Source of the DNA: Escherichia coli
GTDB lineage: Bacteria; Pseudomonadota; Gammaproteobacteria; Enterobacterales; Enterobacteriaceae
Length of the DNA stretch: 64,000 bases
NCBI RefSeq assembly: GCF_024502345.1
Contig: NZ_JALDNN010000001.1
Strand: one strand, 5' to 3'
Part shown: positions 15,190 to 26,526 of the stretch, in pieces
Numbering within the stretch: position 1 is the first letter of the stretch
Layout: each line of letters begins with the position of its first letter
Notes under the pieces: model-generated
What the model was told of the DNA's origin: nothing
Database searches by the model: none
Seen by the model: the letters and a program-made list of their open reading frames with translations, nothing else
Program-made: the position numbers and the translations under genes

Positions 15190-15328
15190 AACGTGAGGAA
15201 ATACCTGGATTTTTCCTGGTTATTTTGCCGCAGGTCAGCGTATCGTGAACATCTTTTCCAGTGTTCAGTATGGTGCCTTGCACGGTAATTATGTCACTGG
15301 TTATTAACCAATTTTTCCTGGGGGATAA

Positions 15329-16468
15329 ATGAGCGCGGGAAGCCCAAAATTCACCGTTCGCCGCATTGCGGCTTTGTCACTGGTTTCGCTATGGCTGGCA
15401 GGCTGTTCTGACACTTCAAATCCACCGGCACCGGTCAGCTCCGTTAATGGCAATGCGCCTGCAAATACCAATTCTGGTATGTTGATTACGCCGCCGCCGA
15501 AAATGGGGACGACGTCTACAGCCCAGCAACCGCAAATTCAGCCGGTACAGCAGCCACAAATTCAGGCCACTCAACAACCGCAAATCCAGCCAGTGCAGCC
15601 AGTAGCTCAGCAGCCGGTACAGATGGAAAACGGACGCATCGTCTATAACCGTCAGTATGGGAACATTCCGAAAGGCAGTTATAGCGGCAGTACCTATACC
15701 GTGAAAAAAGGCGACACGCTTTTCTATATCGCCTGGATTACTGGCAACGATTTCCGTGACCTTGCTCAGCGCAACAATATTCAGGCACCATACGCGCTGA
15801 ACGTCGGTCAGACCTTACAGGTGGGTAATGCTTCCGGTACGCCAATCACTGGCGGAAATGCCATTACCCAGGCCGACGCAGCAGAGCAAGGAGTTGTGAT
15901 CAAGCCTGCACAAAATTCCACCGTTGCTGTTGCGTCGCAACCGACAATTACGTATTCTGAGTCTTCGGGTGAACAGAGTGCTAACAAAATGTTGCCGAAC
16001 AACAAGCCAACTGCGACCACGGTCACAGCGCCTGTAACGGTACCAACAGCAAGCACAACCGAGCCGACTGTCAGCAGTACATCAACCAGTACGCCTATCT
16101 CCACCTGGCGCTGGCCGACTGAGGGCAAAGTGATCGAAACCTTTGGTGCTTCTGAGGGGGGCAACAAGGGGATTGATATCGCAGGCAACAAAGGACAGGC
16201 AATTATCGCGACCGCAGATGGCCGCGTTGTTTATGCCGGTAACGCGCTGCGCGGCTACGGTAATCTGATTATCATCAAACATAATGATGATTACCTGAGT
16301 GCCTACGCCCATAACGACACAATGCTGGTCCGGGAACAACAAGAAGTGAAGGCGGGGCAAAAAATAGCAACCATGGGTAGCACCGGAACCAGTTCAACAC
16401 GCTTGCATTTTGAAATTCGTTACAAGGGGAAATCCGTAAACCCGCTGCGTTATTTGCCGCAGCGATAA
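15329..16468 (+). CDS. nlpD: Murein hydrolase activator lipoprotein NlpD (LysM plus degenerate M23 domain)
   Basis: 379 aa with lipobox LAGC, a Q/P-rich repeat, a LysM domain and an M23 C-terminus. Confidence 0.96.
   Translation: MSAGSPKFTVRRIAALSLVSLWLAGCSDTSNPPAPVSSVNGNAPANTNSGMLITPPPKMGTTSTAQQPQIQPVQQPQIQATQQPQIQPVQPVAQQPVQMENGRIVYNRQYGNIPKGSYSGSTYTVKKGDTLFYIAWITGNDFRDLAQRNNIQAPYALNVGQTLQVGNASGTPITGGNAITQADAAEQGVVIKPAQNSTVAVASQPTITYSESSGEQSANKMLPNNKPTATTVTAPVTVPTASTTEPTVSSTSTSTPISTWRWPTEGKVIETFGASEGGNKGIDIAGNKGQAIIATADGRVVYAGNALRGYGNLIIIKHNDDYLSAYAHNDTMLVREQQEVKAGQKIATMGSTGTSSTRLHFEIRYKGKSVNPLRYLPQR
15524..15595 (+). repeat. Three in-frame tandem 24-bp units encoding (QQPQIQPV)-like repeats inside nlpD
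   Basis: CAGCAACCGCAAATTCAGCCGGTA / CAGCAGCCACAAATTCAGGCCACT / CAACAACCGCAAATCCAGCCAGTG. This is a normal feature of NlpD. Confidence 0.85.
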
Positions 16469-16530
16469 ATCGGCGGAACCAGGCTTTTGCTTGAATGTTC
16501 CGTCAAGGGATCACGGGTAGGAGCCACCTT

Positions 16531-17523
16531 ATGAGTCAGAATACGCTGAAAGTTCATGATTTAAATGAAGATGCGGAATTTGATGAGAACGGAGTTGAGG
16601 TTTTTGACGAAAAGGCCTTAGTAGAAGAGGAACCCAGTGATAACGATTTGGCCGAAGAGGAACTGTTATCGCAGGGAGCCACACAGCGTGTGTTGGACGC
16701 GACTCAGCTTTACCTTGGTGAGATTGGTTATTCACCACTGTTAACGGCCGAAGAAGAAGTTTATTTTGCGCGTCGCGCACTGCGTGGAGATGTCGCCTCT
16801 CGCCGCCGGATGATCGAGAGTAACTTGCGTCTGGTGGTAAAAATTGCCCGCCGTTATGGCAATCGTGGTCTGGCGTTGCTGGACCTTATCGAAGAGGGCA
16901 ACCTGGGGCTGATTCGCGCGGTAGAGAAGTTTGACCCGGAACGTGGTTTCCGCTTCTCAACATACGCAACCTGGTGGATTCGCCAGACGATTGAACGGGC
17001 GATTATGAACCAAACCCGTACTATTCGTTTGCCGATTCACATCGTAAAGGAGCTGAACGTTTACCTGCGAACCGCACGTGAGTTGTCCCATAAGCTGGAC
17101 CATGAACCAAGTGCGGAAGAGATCGCAGAGCAACTGGATAAGCCAGTTGATGACGTCAGCCGTATGCTTCGTCTTAACGAGCGCATTACCTCGGTAGACA
17201 CCCCGCTGGGTGGTGATTCCGAAAAAGCGTTGCTGGACATCCTGGCCGATGAAAAAGAGAACGGTCCGGAAGATACCACGCAAGATGACGATATGAAGCA
17301 GAGCATCGTCAAATGGCTGTTCGAGCTGAACGCCAAACAGCGTGAAGTACTGGCACGTCGATTCGGTTTGCTGGGGTACGAAGCGGCAACACTGGAAGAT
17401 GTAGGTCGTGAAATTGGCCTCACCCGTGAACGTGTTCGCCAGATTCAGGTTGAAGGCCTGCGCCGTTTGCGCGAAATCCTGCAAACGCAGGGGCTGAATA
17501 TCGAAGCGCTGTTCCGCGAATAA
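16531..17523 (+). CDS. rpoS: RNA polymerase sigma factor sigma-S (sigma-38)
   Basis: The ATG at 16531 gives the 330-aa product [21 protein letters not shown]...ALFRE. It is full length, with Glu at codon 33 and no amber or frameshift. Confidence 0.97.
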   Translation: MSQNTLKVHDLNEDAEFDENGVEVFDEKALVEEEPSDNDLAEEELLSQGATQRVLDATQLYLGEIGYSPLLTAEEEVYFARRALRGDVASRRRMIESNLRLVVKIARRYGNRGLALLDLIEEGNLGLIRAVEKFDPERGFRFSTYATWWIRQTIERAIMNQTRTIRLPIHIVKELNVYLRTARELSHKLDHEPSAEEIAEQLDKPVDDVSRMLRLNERITSVDTPLGGDSEKALLDILADEKENGPEDTTQDDDMKQSIVKWLFELNAKQREVLARRFGLLGYEAATLEDVGREIGLTRERVRQIQVEGLRRLREILQTQGLNIEALFRE

Positions 17524-17540
17524 GTAAGCATCTGTCAGAA

Positions 17541-17572
17541 AGGCCAGTCTCAAGCGAGGCTGGCCTTTTTTC
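17541..17572 (+). terminator. rpoS rho-independent terminator
   Basis: GGCCAGTCTC-AAGC-GAGGCTGGCC hairpin followed by TTTTTTCTTTT. Confidence 0.8.
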
Positions 17573-17643
17573 TTTTGTTTGGGAAGCATGTGTTTTTGTC
17601 GCCTGGATAAGACACGTCAGCCTCCTACCCGGCAATCAGCATT

Positions 17644-18051
17644 CTATGTGCTCATCATCTTGCGCACCAACTGCATAAACAGCTCCTGCTCTTCTACACT
17701 CAAACGCCCCAAAAATTCCTCATCCACGCGGTCACCAATCGGTATCGCCGCAGCAAGTATCTTTTCTCCTTCGGCAGTCAGCCAGACAAAGCGTCGCCGC
17801 TTATCAGCGGCGTCATGTTCACGTCTGACTAAGCCACGATTTTCCATTCTTGCCAACATTTCTGCCAGCGTTGCTTTGGTGCTGACTGCTGCTTCTATCA
17901 GTGCCACCTGTTCGATACCAGGCTTATCAGCAATGGCACGCATCACCGCATACTGTGGTTTGGTCAGGTCAGGTAACTCGTGCTGCCAGCGAGCCGTGTG
18001 CTGCTGAAAAAGCTGTCGTAACTGATGGAACGCTTTATTTCGTAACGCCAT
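17644..18051 (-). CDS. hosA: MarR/SlyA-family transcriptional regulator (HosA-like)
   Basis: The internal Met gives 135 aa, MALRNKAFHQLRQLFQQHTARW..., with a winged-helix MarR core. It is divergent from the decarboxylase operon. The symbol comes from my recollection of the EPEC/O157 homologue. Confidence 0.75.
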   Translation of the reverse strand: MALRNKAFHQLRQLFQQHTARWQHELPDLTKPQYAVMRAIADKPGIEQVALIEAAVSTKATLAEMLARMENRGLVRREHDAADKRRRFVWLTAEGEKILAAAIPIGDRVDEEFLGRLSVEEQELFMQLVRKMMST

Positions 18052-18197
18052 GTAAACTCCGGGCAAACTATCTGCCGCTATCATAACGGTTTTTCAGTGA
18101 CGAAGGGGATGTTGTTACTTTTCAGTGCTTGCCGCAATGAGAACAGAGGCGTATTTTAATAATAACGTTCGTATACGAACAATTAAGAGAGTAAGCA

Positions 18198-18791
18198 ATG
18201 AAACTGATCGTCGGGATGACAGGGGCTACCGGTGCGCCTCTTGGTGTGGCATTACTGCAAGCGCTGCGGGAGATGCCGAATGTCGAGACTCATCTGGTGA
18301 TGTCGAAGTGGGCGAAAACCACCATTGAACTGGAAACGCCTTACAGCGCCCGCGATGTTGCTGCCCTCGCTGACTTCAGCCATAACCCGGCGGATCAGGC
18401 GGCGACCATCTCCTCAGGTTCCTTTCGTACCGACGGCATGATCGTTATTCCGTGCAGTATGAAAACGCTCGCCGGTATCCGCGCTGGTTACGCTGATGGC
18501 CTGGTAGGGCGCGCGGCGGACGTCGTGCTCAAAGAAGGCCGCAAACTGGTGCTGGTGCCGCGTGAAATGCCGCTTAGCACCATCCATCTCGAAAATATGC
18601 TCGCACTTTCACGCATGGGCGTGGCGATGGTGCCGCCGATGCCTGCCTTTTATAACCATCCCGAAACGGTAGATGACATTGTCCACCATGTAGTAGCCCG
18701 CGTGCTGGATCAATTTGGCCTCGAACATCCCCACGCCAGGCGCTGGCAAGGATTGCCGCAGGCCGGGAATTTTTCTCAGGAGAATGAATAA
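18198..18791 (+). CDS. ecdB: UbiX-like flavin prenyltransferase (phenolic acid decarboxylase subunit B)
   Basis: 197 aa, MKLIVGMTGATGAPLGV...CSMKTLAGI..., matching the UbiX/Pad1 family. Confidence 0.88.
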   Translation: MKLIVGMTGATGAPLGVALLQALREMPNVETHLVMSKWAKTTIELETPYSARDVAALADFSHNPADQAATISSGSFRTDGMIVIPCSMKTLAGIRAGYADGLVGRAADVVLKEGRKLVLVPREMPLSTIHLENMLALSRMGVAMVPPMPAFYNHPETVDDIVHHVVARVLDQFGLEHPHARRWQGLPQAGNFSQENE

Positions 18792-20217
18792 TGGCATTTG
18801 ATGATTTACGCAGCTTTTTACAGGCGCTTGATGACCACGGCCAGTTACTGAAAATCAGCGAAGAGGTGAACGCGGAACCGGATCTGGCTGCCGCTGCCAA
18901 CGCCACCGGGCGTATCGGCGATGGTGCACCGGCGCTGTGGTTTGATAATATTCGCGGTTTTACCGATGCCCGCGTGGCGATGAATACCATCGGTTCCTGG
19001 CAGAACCACGCGATTTCCCTCGGCCTGCCGCCAAACACTCCGGTCAAAAAGCAGATTGATGAGTTTATCCGCCGCTGGGATAACTTCCCGATTGCCCCGG
19101 AGCGCCGCGCCAATCCTGCCTGGGCGCAGAACACCGTTGATAGCGACGAGATTAACCTGTTCGATATCCTGCCGCTGTTTCGTTTAAACGATGGCGATGG
19201 CGGTTTCTATCTCGACAAAGCGTGCGTGGTTTCCCGCGATCCGCTCGACCCAGATAACTTCGGCAAGCAGAACGTCGGCATCTACCGCATGGAAGTGAAG
19301 GGCAAGCGTAAGCTCGGCCTGCAACCGGTGCCGATGCACGATATCGCCCTGCATCTGCATAAAGCAGAAGAGCGCGGTGAAGATCTGCCGATTGCGATCA
19401 CGCTCGGTAACGATCCGATCATCACGCTGATGGGGGCCACGCCGCTGAAATACGATCAGTCTGAGTATGAAATGGCAGGCGCGCTGCGTGAAAGCCCGTA
19501 CCCGATCGCCACCGCCCCGCTGACCGGTTTTGATGTGCCGTGGGGTTCAGAAGTGATCCTCGAAGGGGTCATCAAAAGCCGTAAACGCGAAATCGAGGGG
19601 CCGTTCGGTGAGTTTACCGGGCACTACTCCGGCGGGCGTAACATGACCGTGGTGCGTATCGATAAAGTCTCTTACCGCACCAGGCCGATTTTCGAATCGC
19701 TGTACCTCGGCATGCCGTGGACCGAAATCGACTACCTGATGGGGCCAGCCACCTGCGTACCGCTGTATCAACAACTGAAAGCCGAGTTCCCGGAAGTGCA
19801 GGCGGTAAACGCCATGTACACCCACGGCCTGCTGGCGATTATCTCCACCAAAAAACGCTACGGCGGCTTTGCCCGCGGGTGGGCCTGCGTGCGATGACCA
19901 CGCCGCACGGTCTGGGCTACGTAAAGATGGTGATTATGGTCGATGAAGACGTTGACCCGTTCAACCTGCCGCAGGTGATGTGGGCGCTCTCCTCGAAAGT
20001 GAACCCGGCAGGGGATTTGGTGCAGTTGCCGAATATGTCCGTGCTGGAACTCGACCCAGGCTCAAGCCCGGCAGGGATCACCGACAAGCTGATTATCGAC
20101 GCCACCACGCCTGTTGCCCCGGACAACCGTGGTCACTACAGCCAGCCGGTGGTGGATTTGCCGGAAACCAAAGCCTGGGCTGAAAAACTGACCACTATGC
20201 TGGCTGCACGTAAATAA
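18791..20217 (+). pseudogene. ecdC: UbiD-family (phenolic acid) decarboxylase subunit C, split by a 1-nt frameshift near 19875
   Basis: Two overlapping ORFs (18791-19897 and 19717-20217) together cover a ~475-aa UbiD-like protein. The frames switch at ...GGFAR|(A)VGLRAMTTPHGLGYVKMV..., where GCCCGCGGGTGGGCC reads as if one C of GCG-CGG were missing. Confidence 0.75.
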
Positions 20218-20227
20218 GGAGAACAAG

Positions 20228-20464
20228 ATGATTTGTCCACGTTGTGCCGATGAACAGATTGAAGTGATGGTGAAATCGCCGGTGAAAGATGTCTGGACGG
20301 TATATCAGTGCCAGCATTGCCTTTATACCTGGCGCGATACCGAACCGCTACGCCGCACCAGTCGCGAACATTACCCGGAAGCGTTCCGCATGACGCAGAA
20401 AGATATTGATGATGCGCCAATGGTGCCGAGCATCCCGCCGCTGCTGGCGGAAGGTAAGCGCTAA
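20228..20464 (+). CDS. ecdD: Small zinc-ribbon subunit D of the UbiD/UbiX-type decarboxylase
   Basis: 78 aa with CPRC...CQHC, immediately downstream of the UbiD-like gene as in bsdD/vdcD/ecdD operons. Confidence 0.8.
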   Translation: MICPRCADEQIEVMVKSPVKDVWTVYQCQHCLYTWRDTEPLRRTSREHYPEAFRMTQKDIDDAPMVPSIPPLLAEGKR

Positions 20465-20466
20465 AT

Positions 20467-20498
20467 AAAAAGGTCCGATGCCCATCGGACCTTTTTAT
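20467..20498. terminator. Bidirectional hairpin terminator between convergent ecdD and ygbN
   Basis: AAAAAGGTCCGATG-CC-CATCGGACCTTTTT, with A/T runs on both sides. Confidence 0.8.
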
Positions 20499-20503
20499 TA
20501 AGG

Positions 20504-21868
20504 TCAAATTACCGCCCATACGCACCAGGTAATTAAGAATCCGGTAAAACCGAGAATGGTCGTTAACACTGTCCAGGTTTTCAGACCGTCTGCTACCGAC
20601 AACCCCAGATATTTGGTCACAATCCAGAACCCTGAGTCATTAATATGTGACGCGCCAAGCCCACCAAAGCAGGCTGCCAGCGTCACCAATACGCACTGAA
20701 TCGGATTCAATCCCATCACCGCTTCTGAGAGTAACCCGCCGGTTGTCAGGATTGCTACGGTTGCTGACCCCTGCGATGCACGCAGCGCCAGTGAAATAAT
20801 AAATGCGGCTGGTAACAGAGGCAGGTCAATCATTTGTAGCATGTTGGCAAGGGCTTTGCCGACGCCCGATTCCACCAGCACTTTGCCAAATACCCCTCCA
20901 GCACCAGTAACCAAAATCACTACCGCCGCAGTGGGAAGGGCTGAGCCCATAATGTCGCTGGTGTGTTGTAAGCTCCAGCCGCGACGTAAAGCCAATAACC
21001 AGAATGCCAGCACCAGCGCAATCATTAGAGCTACCATTGGTGAGCCGATCAGCTGTAGCGTACCAAGCAGGGGATGCGAAGGCGGCATCAGTGTTGCGGA
21101 AACCGTACCCGCCATGATAATCGCGATAGGAATAACAATTAGCGAGGTGACCAGCGCGACGCCCGGTGGATTTATTTTATCGCTTAATTTTGTCGCGCCT
21201 TCCTCACTGGCCGGAGCCAGTTGCATCTGTTCCAGTACTTCCACCGACATCGCATATTGGCGTTTATTGATTATTTTCGCTGCAAAGTAGCCAACAACCC
21301 CTACGGGAATAGAAATCGCAATACCGATGATGGTTAGCCAGCCGATGTCTGCGTGGAGTAACCCCGCTGCGGCGACAGGGCCTGGATGCGGCGGTACCGC
21401 CACGTGAACAGTGAGCATGATCCCAGCGACAGGCAGGCCAAATTTGAGTGGCGATATTTTGGCTACCTTGGCAAAACCGTAAATGATTGGCGCAAGAATA
21501 ATAAAGCCGACATCAAAGAAGACGGGAATACCGAGGAAGAACGCTGCCAGAGTCAGCGCAGCGATAGTTCGTTTGTCACCTAACTTGCGACTGAAATAAT
21601 TAGCCAGTGATTCTGCACCACCAGAGTGTTCGATCATACGCCCCAGCATAGCGCCCAGACCAATAATAATAGTGACGGAACCAAGCACACCGCCCATCCC
21701 GGCGATCATCACTTTACCCACTTCGCCCGCCGGTATACCCGCCGCAAGTGCGACTAACAGGCTGACGAGGAGCAGAGCAACGAATGGTTGTACCTTTGCC
21801 TTGATGACCAGCAGCAACAGCATGATTACGCCAGCTAACGCAATGCATAACAATGTAATTGTGGACAT
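20504..21868 (-). CDS. ygbN: GntP-family permease
   Basis: 454-aa polytopic membrane protein matching YgbN. Confidence 0.93.
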   Translation of the reverse strand: MSTITLLCIALAGVIMLLLLVIKAKVQPFVALLLVSLLVALAAGIPAGEVGKVMIAGMGGVLGSVTIIIGLGAMLGRMIEHSGGAESLANYFSRKLGDKRTIAALTLAAFFLGIPVFFDVGFIILAPIIYGFAKVAKISPLKFGLPVAGIMLTVHVAVPPHPGPVAAAGLLHADIGWLTIIGIAISIPVGVVGYFAAKIINKRQYAMSVEVLEQMQLAPASEEGATKLSDKINPPGVALVTSLIVIPIAIIMAGTVSATLMPPSHPLLGTLQLIGSPMVALMIALVLAFWLLALRRGWSLQHTSDIMGSALPTAAVVILVTGAGGVFGKVLVESGVGKALANMLQMIDLPLLPAAFIISLALRASQGSATVAILTTGGLLSEAVMGLNPIQCVLVTLAACFGGLGASHINDSGFWIVTKYLGLSVADGLKTWTVLTTILGFTGFLITWCVWAVI

Positions 21869-21956
21869 GGGAAACCCTGTCTGAAAGTTATAGTTAACCT
21901 ACCCCATCCGTAGATGGGGGGATGTATGGGTACGTTGTAATTAGGGATTTAACGAA

Positions 21957-22733
21957 TTAGCGCCAGGCGTCAAACCAGCCAAGCCCTTCTTCGGTGAGGC
22001 CACGAGGTTTATATTCACAACCGATCCAGCCCTGATATCCCACCTCATCGAACAGGCGGAACAGCCACGGATAGTTGATTTCTCCATCGTCCGGTTCATG
22101 TCGATCAGGTAGTCCGGCAATTTGTACGTGCGCATATTTCCCAGCGTAGTCGCGGATTAAATGCGTCAGGTTGCCATCTACTTTTTGCGCATGAAAAGTA
22201 TCTAGTTGAATAAACACGTTATCTCGCGCAACCTCTTCAACAATAGCCAGTGCCTGATACTGGCTGGAGAAGAGATAATGAGGCTTAACGTCGGGGCTGA
22301 GTGCTTCAACTAATATTCGCTTGCCGTGTAGCGCAAAGCGGTCGGCCGCGTAGCGGAGATTATCGATAAATACTGCCCGGTACCGTTCAGCGTCTTCGCC
22401 AGCGGGCACGACGCCTGCCATCACATGGACTTGTTCACAATTGAGCGCCAATGCATATTCCAGTGCCAGGTCGATGTCTGCGTGTGCTTCGTGCTCACGT
22501 CCGGGAAGGGCGGATAATCCCCATTCCCCCGCATTAATATCTCCGGGAGCGGTATTGAACAGCGCCAGTGTCAGATGGTTTTGCTCCAGTTGCTTTTGGA
22601 TTTGCAGGGTGGAGTAGTCATAGGGAAACAGAAATTCCACAGCATCGAACCCGGCTTTTCGCGCTGCGGCGAAGCGTTCAATAAAAGGCACTTCGGTGAA
22701 CATCATGGATAAATTAGCTGCAAAACGAGGCAT
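21957..22733 (-). CDS. ygbM: 2-oxo-tetronate isomerase (hydroxypyruvate isomerase family, TIM barrel)
   Basis: 258 aa, [21 protein letters not shown]..., matching YgbM/OtnI. Confidence 0.93.
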   Translation of the reverse strand: MPRFAANLSMMFTEVPFIERFAAARKAGFDAVEFLFPYDYSTLQIQKQLEQNHLTLALFNTAPGDINAGEWGLSALPGREHEAHADIDLALEYALALNCEQVHVMAGVVPAGEDAERYRAVFIDNLRYAADRFALHGKRILVEALSPDVKPHYLFSSQYQALAIVEEVARDNVFIQLDTFHAQKVDGNLTHLIRDYAGKYAHVQIAGLPDRHEPDDGEINYPWLFRLFDEVGYQGWIGCEYKPRGLTEEGLGWFDAWR

Positions 22734-22737
22734 TGCA

Positions 22738-23376
22738 TTAACTCCTTAATTCCGCAATTTCACCTGCGGTCAGATAACGGATCGGGCGGTCACCGAGAAT
22801 AAAAATCAGCTTTGCCGTTTCCTCCAGCTCTTCCATATTGTTGGCGGCTTCTTGCAGGCTTTCACCGCAAACCACTGGGCCATGATTTGCCAGTAAAAAA
22901 GCCTGATTGTCTGCTGCCAGTTCCGCCAGATCCTGTGCGATGCGTTTATCGCCCGGTCGGTAATAAGGCACCAGCGGGACATTTCCCATCCGCATCACCA
23001 CGTATGGTGTGAACGGACGAATAACGTTGCTGCTGTCCAGCCCTTGCAGGCAGGAAAGCGCCGTCGACCATGTGCTGTGCAAATGCACCACCGCTTTACA
23101 GCGCGGATTGTTGCGATACAGCGCCAGATGAAAGAGCACCTCTTTCGAGGGTTTGTCACCACTTAACCATTCGCCATCCGCGGCGACTTTGGAAAGCCGC
23201 TGCGGATCGAGATTGCCCAGGCATGAACCTGTCGGTGTCGCCAGTAAATTCCCGTCAGGTAAAAGCAGCGACAGATTGCCAGCCGAACCGGTTGCATAGC
23301 CGCGCTGAAAGAATGAACTGGCAATCCGCGTCATCTCCTCTCGCAAAGACTGCTCTACTTTTGCGAAATCGCTCAT
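22738..23376 (-). CDS. ygbL: Class II aldolase/adducin-family decarboxylase (3-oxo-tetronate 4-phosphate decarboxylase)
   Basis: 212 aa in the syntenic position of YgbL/OtnC. Confidence 0.92.
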   Translation of the reverse strand: MSDFAKVEQSLREEMTRIASSFFQRGYATGSAGNLSLLLPDGNLLATPTGSCLGNLDPQRLSKVAADGEWLSGDKPSKEVLFHLALYRNNPRCKAVVHLHSTWSTALSCLQGLDSSNVIRPFTPYVVMRMGNVPLVPYYRPGDKRIAQDLAELAADNQAFLLANHGPVVCGESLQEAANNMEELEETAKLIFILGDRPIRYLTAGEIAELRS

Positions 23377-24635
23377 GATAAAAACTCTCTTTGGGCTCGT
23401 GAAAAAAAGGCTTCATCACCGAAGTTGCCAGATTTAAGGGCGAGTGAGACAGGCTTATCCAGTGCGTTTACCCACGGCACGCCGGGGGAAATGGTTGGGC
23501 CAATATGAAACCCTTTTATGCCCAGGCTCTGTGTGACTACGCCGGAGGTCTCACCGCCTGCGACAATAAAGCGTGTCACGCCTTCCGCTGCTAACCGCGC
23601 CGCTAGTTGAGAAAACAGAGTTTCTACTGCCTGACTGGCTTTTTGTGCACCGTATTGCTGTTGAATTGCTGCCAATGCGTCAGTGCTGGCGGTGGCAAAA
23701 ACCAGTGGAGCAAGTACACTTTCCTGGCCCAGAACCCACTCTGCCAGTTCGTGTGCATAAGCGGCCAGAGTTTCGGTTGAGAGGCAGCGTGCCACATCAA
23801 CTTCACGGGCTGGTGCAATTTGACGGTAATGTGCCACCTGGCGGTTGGTCATTTGAGAGCATGAACCGGAGAGCACTACGCCGCGCCCAGCGAGCGGACG
23901 CCCTGCTTCGCGAGCCTGGTTACCGTTTTCTTGCGCCCACTGCCGGGCCAGGCCAATCGCCAGACCAGAACCGCCCGTTACCAGTGGGGCATCGCGCAAG
24001 GCTTCTCCCTGAATTTCCAGATGGTGTTCGGTCAGCGCATCAAGCACCGCGTAGCGGTAGCCTTCTTGCTGTAAGCGAGCCAGCTCTTGACGAACGGCAT
24101 CCACACCTTGTTCGAAAACATGTGCCGAAACGACGCCGCAGCGCCCTGTGGATTGCGCTTCAACCAGACGGGGAAGATAGCTGTCGGTCATGGGATTTAC
24201 CGGGTGATGGCGCATCCCGGATTCGGCCAGCAGTTGATTCATTACGAACAAATACCCCTGATAAACCGTACGTCCGTTGACCGGCAGGGCCGGAGAGAAG
24301 ACCGTAAACGGCGTGTCGAGAGCATCCATTAATGCATCGGTAACCGGGCCAATATTACCTTTCGCCGTACTGTCGAAAGTAGAGCAGTATTTGAAATAGA
24401 TCTGTTTGCAACCTTGCTGTTGCAACCAGCTCAGAGCCGCCAGCGATTGCTGTGTGGCTTCAACCACCGGACAGGAGCGCGTTTTCAGGCTGATCACCAG
24501 TGCGTCGATTGCTTCCGGCATTTTACCTGTTGGAACACCGTTAATTTGTACCGTTGGTAGACCGTTTTCCACCAGAAAACTGGCGATATCCGTCGCGCCG
24601 GTAAAATCATCGGCGATAACGCCAATCTTGATCAT
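23373..24635 (-). CDS. ygbK: 3-oxo-tetronate kinase (four-carbon acid sugar kinase family)
   Basis: 420 aa, MIKIGVIADDFTGATDIA..., matching YgbK/OtnK. Confidence 0.92.
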   Translation of the reverse strand: MIKIGVIADDFTGATDIASFLVENGLPTVQINGVPTGKMPEAIDALVISLKTRSCPVVEATQQSLAALSWLQQQGCKQIYFKYCSTFDSTAKGNIGPVTDALMDALDTPFTVFSPALPVNGRTVYQGYLFVMNQLLAESGMRHHPVNPMTDSYLPRLVEAQSTGRCGVVSAHVFEQGVDAVRQELARLQQEGYRYAVLDALTEHHLEIQGEALRDAPLVTGGSGLAIGLARQWAQENGNQAREAGRPLAGRGVVLSGSCSQMTNRQVAHYRQIAPAREVDVARCLSTETLAAYAHELAEWVLGQESVLAPLVFATASTDALAAIQQQYGAQKASQAVETLFSQLAARLAAEGVTRFIVAGGETSGVVTQSLGIKGFHIGPTISPGVPWVNALDKPVSLALKSGNFGDEAFFSRAQREFLS

Positions 24636-25540
24636 GATTTCGCTCCCGGTAGAGTGATGCCAGAGAAAATCTTGATAACTGCGCTATCGTCTTCTTTCCC
24701 GTAACCCGCGTTACTGGCGCTGGTGAACATATTCAATGCTGTTGAGGCCAATGGCAGCGGGAAGTGCAGGGCTTTGGCTGTATCGGCAACCAGACCAAGA
24801 TCCTTAACAAAAATATCGACGGCTGAATGCGGGGTGTAATCGCCATCCACCACATGACGCATCCGGTTTTCGAACATCCAGGAATTTCCGGCGGCATTGG
24901 TCACGACGTCATACATCACATCCAGCGGGATCCCCGCACGGGCTGCAAGTGCCATCGCTTCGGCTCCGGCAGCAATATGTACGCCCGCTAACAACTGGTG
25001 AATAATTTTTACGGTCGAACCTAGTCCCGGTTCTGCACCTATGCGATAAACTTTTCCGGCAACGGCTTCCAGCACGGGTGCCAGTCGTTCAAAGGCAATA
25101 TCGCTACCGGAGGCCATGACAGTCATTTCACCGTTAGCGGCTTTTACTGCACCACCAGAAACTGGCGCATCCAGCATTTCCAGATCGAATCCAGCCAGAG
25201 CGGTAGCAATTTCTTGCGCATCAGCACTAGCGATAGTGGAAGAAACCATTACTGCCGTACCGGGTTTCAGATGTTGTGCAACGCCTGTTTCACCAAACAG
25301 CACCTGTTTAACCTGGGCCGCATTGACCACCAGCACCAGCAGAGCGTCCAGTTTTTCGGCAAACGTCGCGGCGTTATCAGAAACCCCGCAAGCACCTGCC
25401 TCTTTCAACGTAGCGCAGGCATTGCTGTTCAGGTCTGCGCCCCAGGTAGAAAGACCTGCGCGGACACATGACAGTGCTGCTCCCATTCCCATTGACCCTA
25501 AGCCAACGATACCGACATGAAACTCAGATCCCGTTTTCAT
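24632..25540 (-). CDS. ygbJ: L-threonate dehydrogenase (3-hydroxyisobutyrate dehydrogenase family)
   Basis: 302 aa with the Rossmann motif GIVGLGSMGMG, matching YgbJ/LtnD. Confidence 0.92.
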   Translation of the reverse strand: MKTGSEFHVGIVGLGSMGMGAALSCVRAGLSTWGADLNSNACATLKEAGACGVSDNAATFAEKLDALLVLVVNAAQVKQVLFGETGVAQHLKPGTAVMVSSTIASADAQEIATALAGFDLEMLDAPVSGGAVKAANGEMTVMASGSDIAFERLAPVLEAVAGKVYRIGAEPGLGSTVKIIHQLLAGVHIAAGAEAMALAARAGIPLDVMYDVVTNAAGNSWMFENRMRHVVDGDYTPHSAVDIFVKDLGLVADTAKALHFPLPLASTALNMFTSASNAGYGKEDDSAVIKIFSGITLPGAKS

Positions 25541-25705
25541 CTGCTCTCCTTGTTAATTTAAGTGATATTTTGTTTGATATTGTTAATATAAGCGCTGGAA
25601 GATAACGATATGGTGAGCTGATTCACATAAATTAACATTGTGTGTTATTTTATGTGAACTAAGCGTTAGTTGCGCCGCGCACGTTTCGCAGGCAAATAGC
25701 GTAGA

Positions 25706-26503
25706 ATGTCAGCAGGACAAAGGAAGGAGCAAAAGTTGATACCCGTAGAGCGTCGCCAAATCATCCTTGAGATGGTAGCTGAAAAAGGCATTGTCAGTAT
25801 TGCTGAACTAACGGACAGAATGAATGTGTCACATATGACCATTCGTCGGGATTTACAAAAACTGGAGCAGCAGGGAGCCGTTGTGCTGGTGTCCGGAGGC
25901 GTCCAGTCTCCGGGACGCGTGGCGCATGAACCTTCTCATCAGGTAAAAACTGCGCTGGCAATGACGCAAAAAGCGGCTATTGGCAAGCTGGCGGCAAGTC
26001 TTGTTCAGCCGGGAAGTTGTATCTATCTGGATGCGGGAACGACCACGTTAGCGATAGCACAGCATCTGATTCACATGGAGTCACTGACTGTGGTCACAAA
26101 CGATTTCGTTATTGCAGACTACTTGCTCGACAACAGTAATTGCACAATTATTCACACTGGCGGTGCAGTGTGTCGGGAAAACCGTTCCTGTGTCGGGGAA
26201 GCCGCTGCGACCATGCTGCGCAGCCTGATGATTGATCAGGCTTTTATTTCTGCATCGTCATGGAGTGTGCGGGGGATTTCTACGCCAGCGGAAGATAAAG
26301 TCACGGTGAAACGGGCGATTGCCAGTGCCAGCCGCCAGCGAGTTTTGGTCTGTGATGCGACGAAATATGGTCAGGTGGCGACATGGCTGGCGTTACCATT
26401 AAGCGAGTTTGATCAGATTATCACAGACGACGGTTTGCCGGAGAGTGCCAGTCGCGCGCTGGCGAAGCAGGATCTCTCTTTGCTGGTAGCGAAAAATGAA
26501 TAA
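25706..26503 (+). CDS. ygbI: DeoR-family transcriptional regulator
   Basis: N-terminal HTH (VSIAELTDRMNVSHMTIRRDL) plus a DeoR C-terminal sensor domain. The true start may be the TTG at 25736 (255 aa). Confidence 0.9.
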   Translation: MSAGQRKEQKLIPVERRQIILEMVAEKGIVSIAELTDRMNVSHMTIRRDLQKLEQQGAVVLVSGGVQSPGRVAHEPSHQVKTALAMTQKAAIGKLAASLVQPGSCIYLDAGTTTLAIAQHLIHMESLTVVTNDFVIADYLLDNSNCTIIHTGGAVCRENRSCVGEAAATMLRSLMIDQAFISASSWSVRGISTPAEDKVTVKRAIASASRQRVLVCDATKYGQVATWLALPLSEFDQIITDDGLPESASRALAKQDLSLLVAKNE

Positions 26504-26526
26504 TGGCCTGCAATAACATTTGGTTA

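Noticed and set aside
17596-17635. A possible REP element after the rpoS terminator (GCCTGGATAAGACACGTCAGCC...).
   Set aside because: It resembles half a REP unit but lacks the complementary arm, so it is not called.
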